This document shows positions 13,347-25,775 of a DNA stretch of 64,000 nt, piece by piece (position 1 is the stretch's first letter; every line of letters starts with the position of its first letter). Below the pieces are notes generated by a model, which saw only the letters and a list, made by a program, of their open reading frames with translations, made no database searches and had not been told where the DNA came from. The translations under genes were made by a program, and so were the position numbers. Location: the NCBI RefSeq assembly GCF_044704955.1, contig NC_091987.1:69130001-69194000 (forward strand). Reading direction: 5' to 3'. The stretch is from Pristiophorus japonicus. Its lineage: Eukaryota.

Positions 13347-14394
13347 CTCAGGTCCAACATTCTGCTGTTTTTTAGCAGAACCCCTGAGATCTGTGTAAAC
13401 AGACCAGAGAGCCAAAGATTAACTTCTGCAGAGCTTCTGCCTCCCATTGTCAGACTCCACTTTCACTTTTGAATTCTTCAACAACCTTGTGCTCTGTGCC
13501 TCACCCAGTGACAAACCCTCATCAGAACTATTTATATATCCAGGTGCACGTTTCTTGGTTGATGAATGAGAAAGAAAGAATTAGAGATGGCACAGGTGGG
13601 AATTGAGTTGGTCAGGAATGTCCTCATCATCTTCTTCCTTCTCCTCAGCGGCATCAGGAGGTAAAACAAATAGAAAGATATTAGTCATGTAGACTGGTTA
13701 CTGGATGTCTCAATAGTGCAATTTGAAGGAGGCTGATCAGGTTGTTTACACATGTGCTAGTGTGCACAAGCCACAATAATGACAAGCTCTAATGCTCTGA
13801 CAGTCCTGCAGCTGCTATTGGGACTCGAACTTATCCCTCTCCAACAGATTCTGCTGTCTGCCTCTGCAGAATGTGCAAGGCTTCCTCCATCTTGTGGCAG
13901 CAATTATCTAATATATGTGGGTCCTCCACCTGTAGCCTGTAACTCGGTATTGTTGTGGGAGACATTCTCATGTGATAAAGTGTAGAAGAGAATAGACATG
14001 AGTTCAATATTGACAGTCGGAATGCTCCACCTATCAGCTTCTGACAGGGGCTAAGACCTGCACAGTGTAAGTGTTGGCATTTCAGGAGGCATGCTCATAT
14101 ATGTCACTTCAAGAGAGGGTTCATCTTATTCTTGCAATTATTCCAGGGTGCAGATAAGGAAGGATGTGTAACATTTGAGCCTTACATCGCATGGAGGTTC
14201 ATTCCTGAGGAGCTCACAGTTTTGACAGGATAATGATCAGCTGTCTAATTCAATACCCAGTAAAAAATCTCAGAATGCCAATAAAAATGGAATTTGATGT
14301 TTTCAGTCACTGTAAATACGCATCCCTGATAATATCTCTTGCATTGCATAAATATTCCTAATGTTAAAATCAGCAAATCCTTCAACTCAGCTTG

Positions 14395-14880
14395 GACAAC
14401 GCCGCAGAAGATTTACTCGAATAGAATTGCAAATAGTTGAAATTGCATAAGAATCTGCAATTTTATGAAAGGATTCAAATATCATAAATCATAGGATCAA
14501 GAGTCATAGAAGGCTGAAGAAATATAATAAATCTTTAAAAGTTATGAAGGGTTTTGATAGGGTTAAAAGGGAAAGACTATTTCCTCTGGTTGGATGCGGT
14601 GTGATGAAGGGCCATCAATTCAACACTGTCACTGTGAGAGTGAGGAGGAAGGTTAGGAGACAAGTCTTTACACGGAAAGCTGTTGGAGAAAAGACTGTTT
14701 TGCCACAAACCATAGTTGAAGCAAAGGGCATTTTAAAGGAAAAGTGGGTAAATATTTGAAGCAGATGAAGGCACAGAACGATGGGGACAGAGGGCAGCGG
14801 GATTAGTTCAGCATTGCTCTCGCAAACAGCTGGCACAGACGCGAATGTCTTTCTTCTATGCTCTAAACTTCTTTGGTTCT
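14395..14880 (+). mobile_element. Old CR1 3' fragment
   Basis: MKGFDRVKRERLFPLVG...GHQF...FTRKAV resembles the CR1 ORF2 C-terminus. Confidence 0.6.
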
Positions 14881-15187
14881 AAATGGTCAATGAATGTCAA
14901 CTAAACCGAGATGGAATTACAATGCACTAATACAGTTTCTCTAAGTAGATTCTTTTTTACACGCTATCATCTCAATAAAGTGAAAAAAATGTGAACAGAT
15001 ACCGGTATGGCAGACATTACACTCAAGGTTGACGAGGCTTCACAATAGAATGTGTAATACAGGATGAAACATATTGGATTAACATCGATCAGTATCACAT
15101 CACGCAGCTCAGGTAATCTCATAAATCAAATTAATATTTTCTCGGTGTTACCTGAATTCCCCGGCGAGTTCCATCAGCTGGAATTCG

Positions 15188-15433
15188 TGTGGTTTACAGA
15201 TGTATTTATTTTTGATTTTTTTAAATAAAGTTATTGATGTCAGGGTGGGTGATTGTACCATTCGATTTAAAATGAAATATTACAGGATTTTATTGCACTG
15301 CATGTTAGGGGGGAAATGCATTTCAATTGCACGGAAGGAACGAAGAGACTGCCACAGATATTTAGTTGAACTATTCCATTCGGTCCAAAACCAGCAGCCA
15401 GTGTGATGTGACGCACTGTGTGCTACAACCGCA
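15188..15433 (+). promoter_or_regulatory. Putative TATA-less leukocyte-type promoter of the Ig-superfamily gene
   Basis: RUNX consensus TGTGGTT at 15188-15194 and AACCGCA at 15427-15433, ETS core CGGAAG at 15332-15337, CRE half-site TGACG at 15409-15413, all within ~330 bp of the ATG. These short motifs could be chance matches. Confidence 0.3.
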
Positions 15434-15510
15434 ATAATCTCCCAGCGATCTTAACTTTAGAACAGCCAACAGATCTCACCAACCGGTGAGGCGGTGATTT
15501 CTTCAGCAAT

Positions 15511-15559
15511 ATGGGTCCATTCAGACACAGTGTTCTCAAACTCTGGCTCCTTGTCTTAG
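15511..15559 (+). CDS. IgSF receptor exon 1: leader peptide MGPFRHSVLKLWLLVL(G)
   Basis: ATG at 15511 (A at -3), hydrophobic stretch, phase-1 donor G|gtaagt, and a 93-bp intron typical of split Ig/TCR leaders. Confidence 0.85.
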
Positions 15560-15652
15560 GTAAGTATTCACTTTTACCTCAGATGACATTTATTCTAGTT
15601 GTTACTCAGATCATTTGAATGCTATGTTCCTACTTGTAATTTTATGTCCCAG

Positions 15653-16000
15653 GGCCTGCTGTTGGTCTGAAAGTGATCCAGTCTCCTCTAGCTCTGACCC
15701 TCCTGAGAGGACAGACTGCTCGGATCAACTGCACCCTGTTACCCGGAGAGGAGCTGGTGGAGTTGGTGAGATATTACTGGTACAGGACAAGAGACAACCC
15801 TGACTTCAGAGGCAACGCAACTAGGAATGTCCTCAATAACAGCCCTCGTGTGTCTGTGTCTGTATCTGTATCGGGGGGTTCTCTTCTTATTCGGGAAGTG
15901 ATTATGGACGATTCGGACACTTACCACTGCCTGGTTCTGAGAGATGAGCCTCAGTCCTGGAAACAGGTTATAGGAGAGGGAACAGAACTGAACATCCAAG
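15653..16000 (+). CDS. IgSF receptor exon 2: germline-joined VJ-type V-set domain
   Basis: Acceptor tgtcccag|, phase 1 in frame with the leader. VIQSP...GQTARINC...YYWYR...DSDTYHC...IGEGTELNIQ, donor G|gtaatt. Confidence 0.92.
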
Positions 16001-16554
16001 GTAATTAGATTAACCAAAACTGAAATAGATCAATGTAATCAGAAGGAATCAGAAATAGCTCCGTACACATTTCTAATCTAGGACTGACATGCTCGGTGCC
16101 CTGGGGACTGGACTGAATACACCAGTGTTTAACAATATCCATTAAACAGTAGGACTTTCATATAGTTTTTAAAAAACTTCGTTTGAAGAAAAACAGACAG
16201 AAGGTAAAATCATAGAATGCTGATACCAATACTAACAGCGGAATGTGATTTATATAACAAGCGAATTGCAAGTAGAGAAACTGATTTTGTGAAATAAGCA
16301 TCGTCATTTTATTTCAATTTTCTTGATATTGGTCTAAAGAAAATCAAAGGGAATTTGTGCTCGAACAAAACATAAAATCACGGGCTATCATTCTGGCTCG
16401 TTTTTCATTATGTTACGTGTGTTAGATTTTATTATATATATCTAGTGATTTGTATATTGAAACATAATCTAATCAAAATTGATTTTCGGTTTACCATTTA
16501 TTATCAAATATGCACAAGTTTAAAAATCTTTTTTGCACAGTTTCTCTCTATATA

Positions 16555-16710
16555 AGGCCAGACAGCAGTTGTGGAGAGAGAAACAAAGAGATTGTTCCAG
16601 GTCGATGATCTGTCGTTTCTCTCTCCACATATGCTGCCTGACCTGTTGAGTATTTCCAGCATTTTCTGTTTTTATTCCAGATTTCCAGCATCCGCAGTAT
16701 TTTGATTTTT
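16555..16710. repeat. Penelope-tail-derived inverted repeat in intron 2
   Basis: Perfect 15-bp inverted repeat tgtggagagagaaac (16570-16584) / gtttctctctccaca (16615-16629). Sequence is homologous to 4110-4250. Confidence 0.65.
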
Positions 16711-16761
16711 CTCAATAAATGTTTGCTGTAACTCAGATTGATTTAATTTGTGTTTATTTAG

Positions 16762-17055
16762 CGAAACCTGACGTCTATCTCTCTGCGGAGAATGAAGTTG
16801 TTGGGATTCAGTCTCTGATTTGTGTGGCTGCGGGATTTTTCCCGAGCGATGTGAACATTTCTTGGATTGTAGCGGGAGATGTCTCCTATCAAACAGAACC
16901 GGGCTCCCTGACAGTAAACAGTGACGGCACCTACAACCTGAGCTCCCGGCTGCGGATTACAGACACTCGCTGGGACTCGGGAACCGCCATCACCTGCCAG
17001 GTTCAACACCTTACAGTCAAAGGGTCAGTGAGGAAAAGTTTCAGTAACAGCGGGG
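16762..17055 (+). CDS. IgSF receptor exon 3: C1-set constant domain
   Basis: Acceptor tgtttatttag|, phase 1. KPDVYL...LICVAAGFFPSDVNISW...NSDGTYNLSSRL...WDSGTAITCQVQH, donor G|gtaagt. Confidence 0.92.
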
Positions 17056-20000
17056 GTAAGTTGTTCACAGAGGGAATAAATCCCACAGCTCACAGTTACT
17101 GTTAATATATGGAGGTAAAAATAGTCATTTTATGTAACCACGCGTAAAATGCGACTCATTAATGCGGATAGAATTACAAAAGGTAACACGATGTGCACAC
17201 GGGAGATTTACGGTCTCAATTTTTAATGCACTTTTAAATAAATTAAATTGATAGAGTATAGACGCTGTGTTTTATTGGTAAATATTGCAAATAATGATGT
17301 CAAGAAGGTGGGTGAATTGAGATAGGCAACAATAACCAACCAGACTAAAACACAAAACAGCTGGAAATGCACAGCAGCTGGGACCAGAGGAATTTATCTC
17401 AAACTTTATCGATGCGAACTTACCTGCATGTATTTCCAACATCTTTTTTGATTGTTATTGATGGCGACTAGATAGATTCGCTTCTAGTAACGATATTTTA
17501 CAGCAGAGAACAACTCAAAGAAATATAAAAATGGAAGTCCAGCAGCAGCGAGTTTGTTCTATCTTTGTTCTATCACTGAGCTGTTTCAAAGCTCGTTTAT
17601 AAACCCACCGCTGCCGAATCGGTTTTAACTCGAGTTCTGGTTTGACACGGGCAGACTCGATAAAATATGATACATGGCAAAAGAAGGCAGTCATTAAATG
17701 CTATTTGGGTAACTGAAAAGTTCTACATTACTGAATGAATTTAATTTATTTCGGTCTCATAAATCGACAGAGGAAAAGTCACCGGGGAGCAGAATGGGCA
17801 AAGTCTAAACAGTACAAAACAGTCATCTCGATCGCACAGTTTCTGCTCGCTCTGAGTTACCTTGATTTCCATATTTGAAAAGAAGAATACAGAAGGAAAT
17901 AGCGGAAAGGACAGGGAAGTGGGATAAGGTTAGGTAAAAGCTAGCACGGACACAGTGGGCCGAATAGTCTCCTTGTATTGTACTTTCTATGATTCCGATT
18001 AACAACCATTTGCCATTTAACCAGTTGACAAAATTCTCAAATTATTACCAGACACATGTACATGCCTTCCGCCAAGTCTCCACCTATTGATTCTGTGATA
18101 ATACCAGCTGCACACAGTCCTGGCTTCAGGTAATAGACGATAGAACACCGCTACCACTCGTTGGGTACACAATATACCAGCTTCATTTTTTGGTTCAATT
18201 ACAAAGCATACTAAGATTTTAGATTCTGAAGGAGAGTATGAGCAAGAAAAAGCCACGGTGTCCATTCAGTTCATTCCTTCATTCCTCAGACCATTAAAAG
18301 GCGCTGTATCTCGTTTCTATCCCTGCTCGTTATCAAGTTCAATTAGTAATAATATGACTTTAATCCCCAACCTCGACTTTTTTTTCAAGTACCCTCTTCT
18401 TTAAGTTAACATATTCAAATGAAACAGCGAGAAGACAGATTTAAAACATACCATTTAGCCGCAAGCAAGATTGAGAGCTGCGGTTACATCGCCCGCTTTA
18501 AGCGCTTGAGAGGTTGGGCGCTGGGAGACGGTATGGGTATTTGTAAGTCTGCAGGAAACTTTGCATAGTAATCTTGGATGGCAGTGAATTACTTACTGGC
18601 TTGTGAAATATTCTATAATTGGCAGTGTAGCGGCCTGCCTTGGTTGATGCAAAGTGTTTTTTTCGGGTGTACATCAATACAGAAGTGGCATTATAACTCA
18701 GAAAACTACAGAATGCACTAAAGCCATTGGGATATAAGATTTCCTCTTGGAGGCTGCCTCGGAATGGTTTATATTTCCAAAGTGTGCAGTATAAATCGAG
18801 TCTTAATTTTTTTATTTAATATTTTATGCTGCTATTAGCATACCTGCCAGGCCTGAAAACTAACTAAAGCTGACCAACTGCTTCAGAAAAACTCACACAG
18901 CCCCAGAAAAGCTGATAGCTCAATAATAGCCCTTAATATAGACTCCTCCACACACGGAGTTCGACTGAGAGTGTAGTGGGATATGGGCTTGCCAAAACAA
19001 TCTTCATATATAGCCAGCATATACAAACACACAGCAACTGTGGAAATTACTGAAGATAGATGTGAATGCGGAAGGCATGAGATTTATTTTCAGCAACAAC
19101 TTGCATTTATATAGCATCTTTAACACAGTAAAGCATCCCAAGGCACTTCACAGGAACATTATCAAACAAAATTTGACACCAAGCCATATTAAAAAAATAA
19201 AATGAAATTCATCTTCCCACCTTTCTCATTTCCTATTTTATTTCCAAACTCAGACAATTCTGTAACTGAGGTAATTTGTATTCTCAAATAAATGTAGTTG
19301 GTACTGTCGCACTAGGGAACATCACATTATTTCAAAAGGCAGCCGCAACCACTCTTTAAGAAAATAAACCTTTATATGAAATAATAGGACATGCCCCAAA
19401 TAGTTCCTTTGAGGAAAATAAAAGTTTAAAAATCTGTATTTTAGAAGCTTTTTTTAAATGTATAACTTCTTTGGGATTAAACATTAAATACACACACCTA
19501 TAAATATGACTCTCAGAAATGATCAGCTCATTTCTAACTGTTCACCTCAAGTTTGCATCCAAGAAACATTGAGACAAAATAGCATCTGATTAATTTCAGT
19601 TTTGTCCTCCAACCAGTCCAGTCCTGACAGGCTCCAGTTCCAACTTTCAAATGATCTGATTGATTATACAACCTCCAATGCAGGTGGAAAAAAAGTTTAA
19701 GTTTCTTGTGAAACACTAACAAACTGGCAGATTGAAATATTAACAGTCGGCTTGAAACACTAATGGTTATTATGTATGTACTGATGCAAATCAGAAATAG
19801 CGCAAGTATACATGGATAACATACTTATTATTATCTGACCATGGTAATGTTACAGTTGGATATCAACAAATGTATGTGATGAGGGGATGGAAAGAAGAAA
19901 GAATGCACAAACATTGTAAAGTACTTCTGCAATTAGCCGGCATAATTTGAGCATGGAGTTGAGGTTACGCTTCCCACTTCAAGCCTGTGCAACTGTTGCA

Positions 20001-20129
20001 GCAGAGGTGGGGGAGAGGGTCCAGCGAGGGGATGGCAGAGCATTGGTATTGTGCACTCAAGTTACAGGGATAATTTGCTTATTATCCGACCATGGTAAAT
20101 TTATTACTGATTTATTACAGATTAGTTTA

Positions 20130-22300
20130 GATTAGCTACAGAAAAGGACAGGGAGCAATCTAGGGTAAAAAATATTTAATTGGAGGAGGGACAATTTCAG
20201 TGGGCTGAGAACAGATCTGGCCTGGATAAACTGGAATCAAAGATTGACAGGCAAAACGGTAATCGAACAATGGGCTGCCTTTAAAGAGAAGATGGTTCGG
20301 GTACAGTCGAGGTACATTCCCACAACAGGGAACGGAAGGGCAACCAAAGTCAGAGCTCATTAGATGCCAAAAAAGATAGAGAGTAAGATGAAGCAGAAAA
20401 AGGGGGCATATGACAGATGTCAGGTTGAGAATACAAGTCAGAACCAGGCTGAATATAGAAAGTTCAGAGGGGAAGTCAATAGGTAACGAGAGAGTACAAG
20501 AATAGACTGGCAGCTAACATAGAAGGGAATCCAAAAGTCTTCTATAGGCATGTAAATAGTAAACAGGTAGTAAGAGGAGAGGTGGGGCTGATTAGGGACA
20601 AAATTGGAGACCTGCGCATGGAGGCAGAGTGCATCGCTGAGGTACTGAATGAGTACTTTGCATCTGTCTTCACCAAGGAAGAAGATGCTGCCAGCGTCAC
20701 AGTGAAAGAGGATTTAGTTGAGATACTGGATGAGATTAAAAATTGATAAGGAGTAGGTACTAGACAGGCTGGCTGTACTTAATGTAGATAAGTCACCAGG
20801 ACTGGATGGGGTGCATCCTAGGATGCCGAAGGAAGTAAAGGTGGAAACTGCAGAGAGTATAATCTTCCAATCCTCATTAAAAACAGGGGTGGTGCCAGAG
20901 AACTGGAGAATTGCAAATATTACACCCTTGTTCAAAAAAGGGTGTAAGGATAAACCCAGCACCTACAGGCCAGTCAGTTTAACCTCGGTAGTGAGGAAGC
21001 TTTTAGAAACAATAATGCAGGACAAAATTAACGGTCACTTGGACAAGTGTAGATTAATTAAGGAAAGCTAGCACGGATTTATTAAAGGCAAATGTGTTTA
21101 ACCAACTTGATTGAGTTTTTTGATGAGGTATCAGAGAGGGTTGATATATATGTGGACTTCCAAAAGGCATTTGATAAAGTGCCACATAATAAGCTTGCCA
21201 ACAAAGTCGAGGCCCATGGAATAAAAGGGTCAGTGGCAGCATGGATACAAAATTGGCTAAATGACAGAAACAGAGAGTAGTGGTGAACGGAAGGTATACA
21301 GTGGTGTTCCCCAGGGATCAGTTCTAGGACCACTCCTTTTCTTGATAAATATTAATGACTTGGACGTGGGTGTACAGGGAACAATTTCAAAATTTGAAGA
21401 TGACAGAAAACTTGGAAGTATAGTGAATCGTGAGGAGGATAATGATAGACTTTAAGAGGACATAGACAGACTGGTGGAATGAGCGGATACGTGGCAGATG
21501 AAATTCAATGCAGAAAAGTGCAAAGTGATATATTTTGGTAAGAAGAACGAGAAGAGAAAATATAAACTAAAGGGTACAATTCTAAAGGGGGTGCACAAAC
21601 AGAGAGACTTGGGGGTATATGTGCACAAATCGTTGAAGGTGGCAGGGCAGATTGAAAAAGTGGTTAAAAAAGCATATGGGATCCTGGGCTTCATAAATAG
21701 AGTCATAGAGTACAAAAGCAAGGAAGCTATGATGAACCTTTATAAAACACTGGTTTGGCCTCAACTAGAGTATTGTGTCCAATTCTGGGCACCGCACTTT
21801 AGGAAAAATGTGAAGGCCTTAGAGAGGGTGTAGAAAAGATTTACAAGAATGGTTCCAGGGATGACTTCAGTTATGTGGCTAGACTGTTCTTAGAGCAGAG
21901 AAGGTGAAGAGGAGATTTGATAGAGGTGTCCAAAAACATGAGGTGTCTAGACAGAGTAGAAAGATGGAAACTGTTCCCATTTCGGAAGGGTCGAGAACCA
22001 AAGGACACAGATTTAAGATGATTGGCAGAAGAACCAAAGGCGACATCAGCAAAAACTTTTTTATGCAGCAAGTGGTTATGATCTGGAATGCACTGTCTGA
22101 AAGGGTGGTGGAGGCAGATTCAATTGTGACTTTCAAAAAGGAGTTGGATAAGTACCCGAAGGAAAAGAAATTGCAGGGCTACGGGGAAAGGGCGGGGGAG
22201 TGGGACTAGCTGAAGTGCTCTTGCAGAGAGCCAGCACGGGCTTGACGGGCTGAAGGACCTCCTTCTGTGCTGTAACCATTCGATGATTCTATGATTCTAT
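20130..22300 (+). mobile_element. Decayed CR1 LINE (ORF2 3' two-thirds) in intron 3
   Basis: Fragments [45 protein letters not shown], and a (ATTCTATG)n-type tail at ~22280-22300. Many stops and frameshifts. Confidence 0.88.
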
Positions 22301-22949
22301 CATGAAGTGTTAGAGAATGAAAGCAAAGCAGGCTGTCTTAGCTTTTAACGTTATTTTTGAATATCTATACAGTTATTTGGTACCAAGTGAAAATACCACA
22401 TGAACATTTCTTAGGGTGCAGGTATGCAGCTAATTTTGCAATGATACAAAATGGTTTTGGATGTCGTTCAATTAAAAGTGGTAATATAACTTAGGAAGCC
22501 ACTCAACACATTAAAACAGTGAGGTGTGAGATCCCTCCAGACAGTGATAGCATCCCTCATGAATAATAAGACGGTTGCCATAGAGACCTAGGACTCCACA
22601 GTGGAATGGGCTTTTTCCTCCAAACAATTACATTTCTTTGAGAATTATTAGTAGAAATAGGATAATGCATGATTATGTAAAATTACTATTTCTACAAATG
22701 GAAGTATTCTTGACATCTATCATCAATGGAGTTCCTGCTGGGTGAATCCTATTGGTATCTTTCACAAGAACAAGTTAACTCAAAAATGCAGAAATGACAG
22801 ATGTTAAATATATTTCTGATTCAATATATGGTTTAACTAATATATGAAGATGTGTATTTAAAAGTGTAGTATGTATGTAATATATCGCTTATATTTGTAA
22901 TTAACTGCAATGAATTGTTATGATTTACATCTCAATTGTAATTTTGAAG

Positions 22950-23057
22950 GTTTATCCAAGTACTGCTATTACCTCAGCCTGCTGGGCCTTATCCTCATTG
23001 TACCATTTTGCCTCTGGATCATTAAGAGTCAGTGCAGTAAACTGAAGAATGGAAAAG
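22950..23057 (+). CDS. IgSF receptor exon 4: connecting peptide plus transmembrane (GLSKYCYYLSLLGLILIVPFCLWIIKSQCSKLKNGK)
   Basis: Acceptor ttttgaag|, phase 1. About 20 uncharged hydrophobic residues followed by a basic stop-transfer segment, donor G|gtaatc. Lies in non-repeat sequence. Confidence 0.75.
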
Positions 23058-24485
23058 GTAATCAGATACAATGTACATTTTATTTTGTAATTAAACTATG
23101 ATATAAAAATGGTCAATTGTATTTAAATTATACTTAGAAGAGATCCAACAAAAATAACTGAAAAAAAAATGAAAACCAATTTCGTGTACCTTCTAAAATT
23201 CACTTTATAGAAATAACATATTAACAAAACCTGTAGAATTAATATAGTTAAGCGAAGCGAACTGTACTAATATAGATTTATATGATTTTTTAAAAATAGC
23301 TAACTATAAATACCTTTGCATCCAAATATACTAACATAGTTTTCATGTGTAAATGATGAAGCCTCAGTTATAAGTTAAAAATGGGAACTCACTAATATCT
23401 AAAAGTTATAGACTCTTTTTTTGTTGCTTCTCGCTGCATACACAACTACACTATATGTTAACATTAAGACATTTCTAATATTCATGATATTCATATAGAT
23501 TCATCAATCCAGGACAAAAATGTTGATGATCTAATAATGGGAAAAGGGGTGACTGAATCAGTAAATGTTGTAAGTATATTGTTTTGATATTTTTCCTACA
23601 CTGTATGCACCTGCACTGCGCTGAACTGAATGCATTATAAAGTATCATTAGCTCATTTAAATAAATCGTCAGCACTTTTGAACATGGCGCACTGGGAACA
23701 CAAAGGGGGCAGAATATTTAGTGCCAGTGGGGTGGATTTTTTTTTTAACCACCTGGGTGTTAAGGATTGCCTGGATGGAGTACAGCTAGGAAAATTGGGT
23801 GGGGAGGATCACATCACTGCTACAGGGCCCGCTCAATTTTCCTTCCAGCATTAGTTGATACTAGCCTGGAGGTTGCAAGATCGTCCTGTAATATTCATCC
23901 CGACTTTTTCCACATTCTCAGAGCCCACAATCTCAAGGGTCAACTTCTCCTGGAGACTTAATATTCAGAGGAGCTCCACCAATTTTGCGCCAGATCCTTT
24001 TCTTATGGGCTTCTTTTTCCTGTAAACAGATACAAAATGATAAAGTGTTGGGAGTCTGAAAAGTGCATATATTGCCACTGTGCATGCAAACCTATGCACA
24101 ACTCAATGCAATTGCAGCATGCATATCGATGGTGAGGGAAGCTAAATTAATGGGCACCATCAGCTTTCCTTGGAAACAGGCATGCAAATGTGTGAAAGGC
24201 TGAACATTGGCATGTGTCCACATTGCAGATGCAGCTGGTTGAGATAAAAAAAATCTTTGTTCTAGGTTTGCCGTACCCATACACTTGATGCAGGTAAATG
24301 CAACAACTCTTACATTGACAAACTTCCTCAAGGTGGATTTTTTTTCCATCTGAACAGTAGACCTGGACCTATACATGGGAGGGTGTATTAAATCATTGTG
24401 ACCGCCTCCCAGGCAAACAAGACAGCCAAAGCTTGTGCTCCTCTTTCCCCAAAAGAGCAGCTCTTCTTTGTTGCACCTTTTCCAG

Positions 24486-24513
24486 AAAAACTCCATAAGG
24501 CTGAGTCAAAAAA
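24486..24513 (+). CDS. IgSF receptor putative exon 5: 28-nt cytoplasmic micro-exon (EKLHKAESKN)
   Basis: Strong acceptor ctcttctttgttgcaccttttccag| and donor AA|gttagt. Converts phase 1 to phase 2, as needed to join exon 4 to the acceptor at 30059. Inferred from phase. Confidence 0.5.
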
Positions 24514-25775
24514 GTTAGTTGTCTTTTCACTTGGCCCGGGCCTGCTTTCAAATAAAGCAATCTTTGACTTAATTTCAAAAAGTTTCAGCTGGCAAAAATA
24601 ACCTACTCCGAATACTGCAGCACTCCTTAAAGTAACATTGGCAGCAGCTTCTTATGAATTATTGCTGTGCTGGGTATACCTTTCCCAGCATTAGCTTGCT
24701 CCCTGCGCAGGGTTCAATTAATAATTATGTGGATAAGCAGACTTCAAAATGTCACAGAAGATCTATTCCGTGTTTCTTCTTTGCGAGCTGTGCTCCCAGC
24801 ATCCAGTCTGGGTTGCAATTAGCTGAGACAGGAAAATCCACCCTTAAGTTACAAGCTTTCCAGGGCGAGGTTGTCCAAGGACTACTGATATTAGCAATAT
24901 AGGTCAGACTTGGGAACAGTAATACACTTTTTGGTTAATTCTCTAAATTGCTGCTATTTTGGGACCAATGCTTAAGTAACACTGAAGCCTACTGGCCTTA
25001 TTATTCGTGTTTTTTTAATCTGGGGAAATACCAAGGGGGGTGGGGTAAGGTGCTTTTTTCTCTACAACTACCATTTGTTTAGCGCCAACTTTTTTGGCCC
25101 TTAGTCAGAATATGATAACATTATAAAGATTGCAAGCCAACACCAACTGAGGATTATTCTCTGAAATAATAATCAACTATGAAAGCGATGATACTAGGGT
25201 TTTGCATTGGATCTCAGTCTTGTTAACTAATTATTCCAGGAAGTAAAATTATGAATTGCAGTCCTCAAAAAATGTATTGTTTAAAATTTGGTTACCCCAT
25301 CTGCTTCAGATGAGTGACAATATTATTGTTGGATACTCACTTGCCATAATAATACATGTGGTTTATCTAATTCTCATTTATTGGACTATTTTATTTTAAA
25401 CTGCGACTGAAATTTAACTATTAATGAACCCCTTTTTGAAGATCTGCCATTTTTAAATCAATTTTCACTCCTCTACTCCTGAAGGTATTCGCTGGAGTAT
25501 GGTTCCACAGTCCCAGTGGCTTTCACATAACTTGTTCAGATGGATTTTCTTCAGGTCTTAGTCTAGGCAGTGAACTTTAGCAGGTTGTTTGACCAGAGGG
25601 GGCATCATGGCTAATCATGCAAGCGTGTGCATATACAGACACACTCACACACATACTTTTCAGCAGGAGTCACTGGGAAGCAATCAAGAGTACAAACCTT
25701 CTTCTATCCTGAGAACAGACACACCCAGGCCACCTGTACTGGTCCAGATGTTGCCAGATAGAGATCAGGGAATCA

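Noticed and set aside
15414-15532. RSS heptamers CACTGTG (15414-15420) and CACAGTG (15526-15532) near the V gene
   Set aside because: No nonamer at 12- or 23-bp spacing, and they are not at the V 3' end. V and J are already contiguous.
15511-23057. Interpretation as a TCR chain or germline-joined Ig light/heavy chain
   Set aside because: The TM lacks charged and CART residues, light chains have no TM exon, and a long ITIM tail follows.
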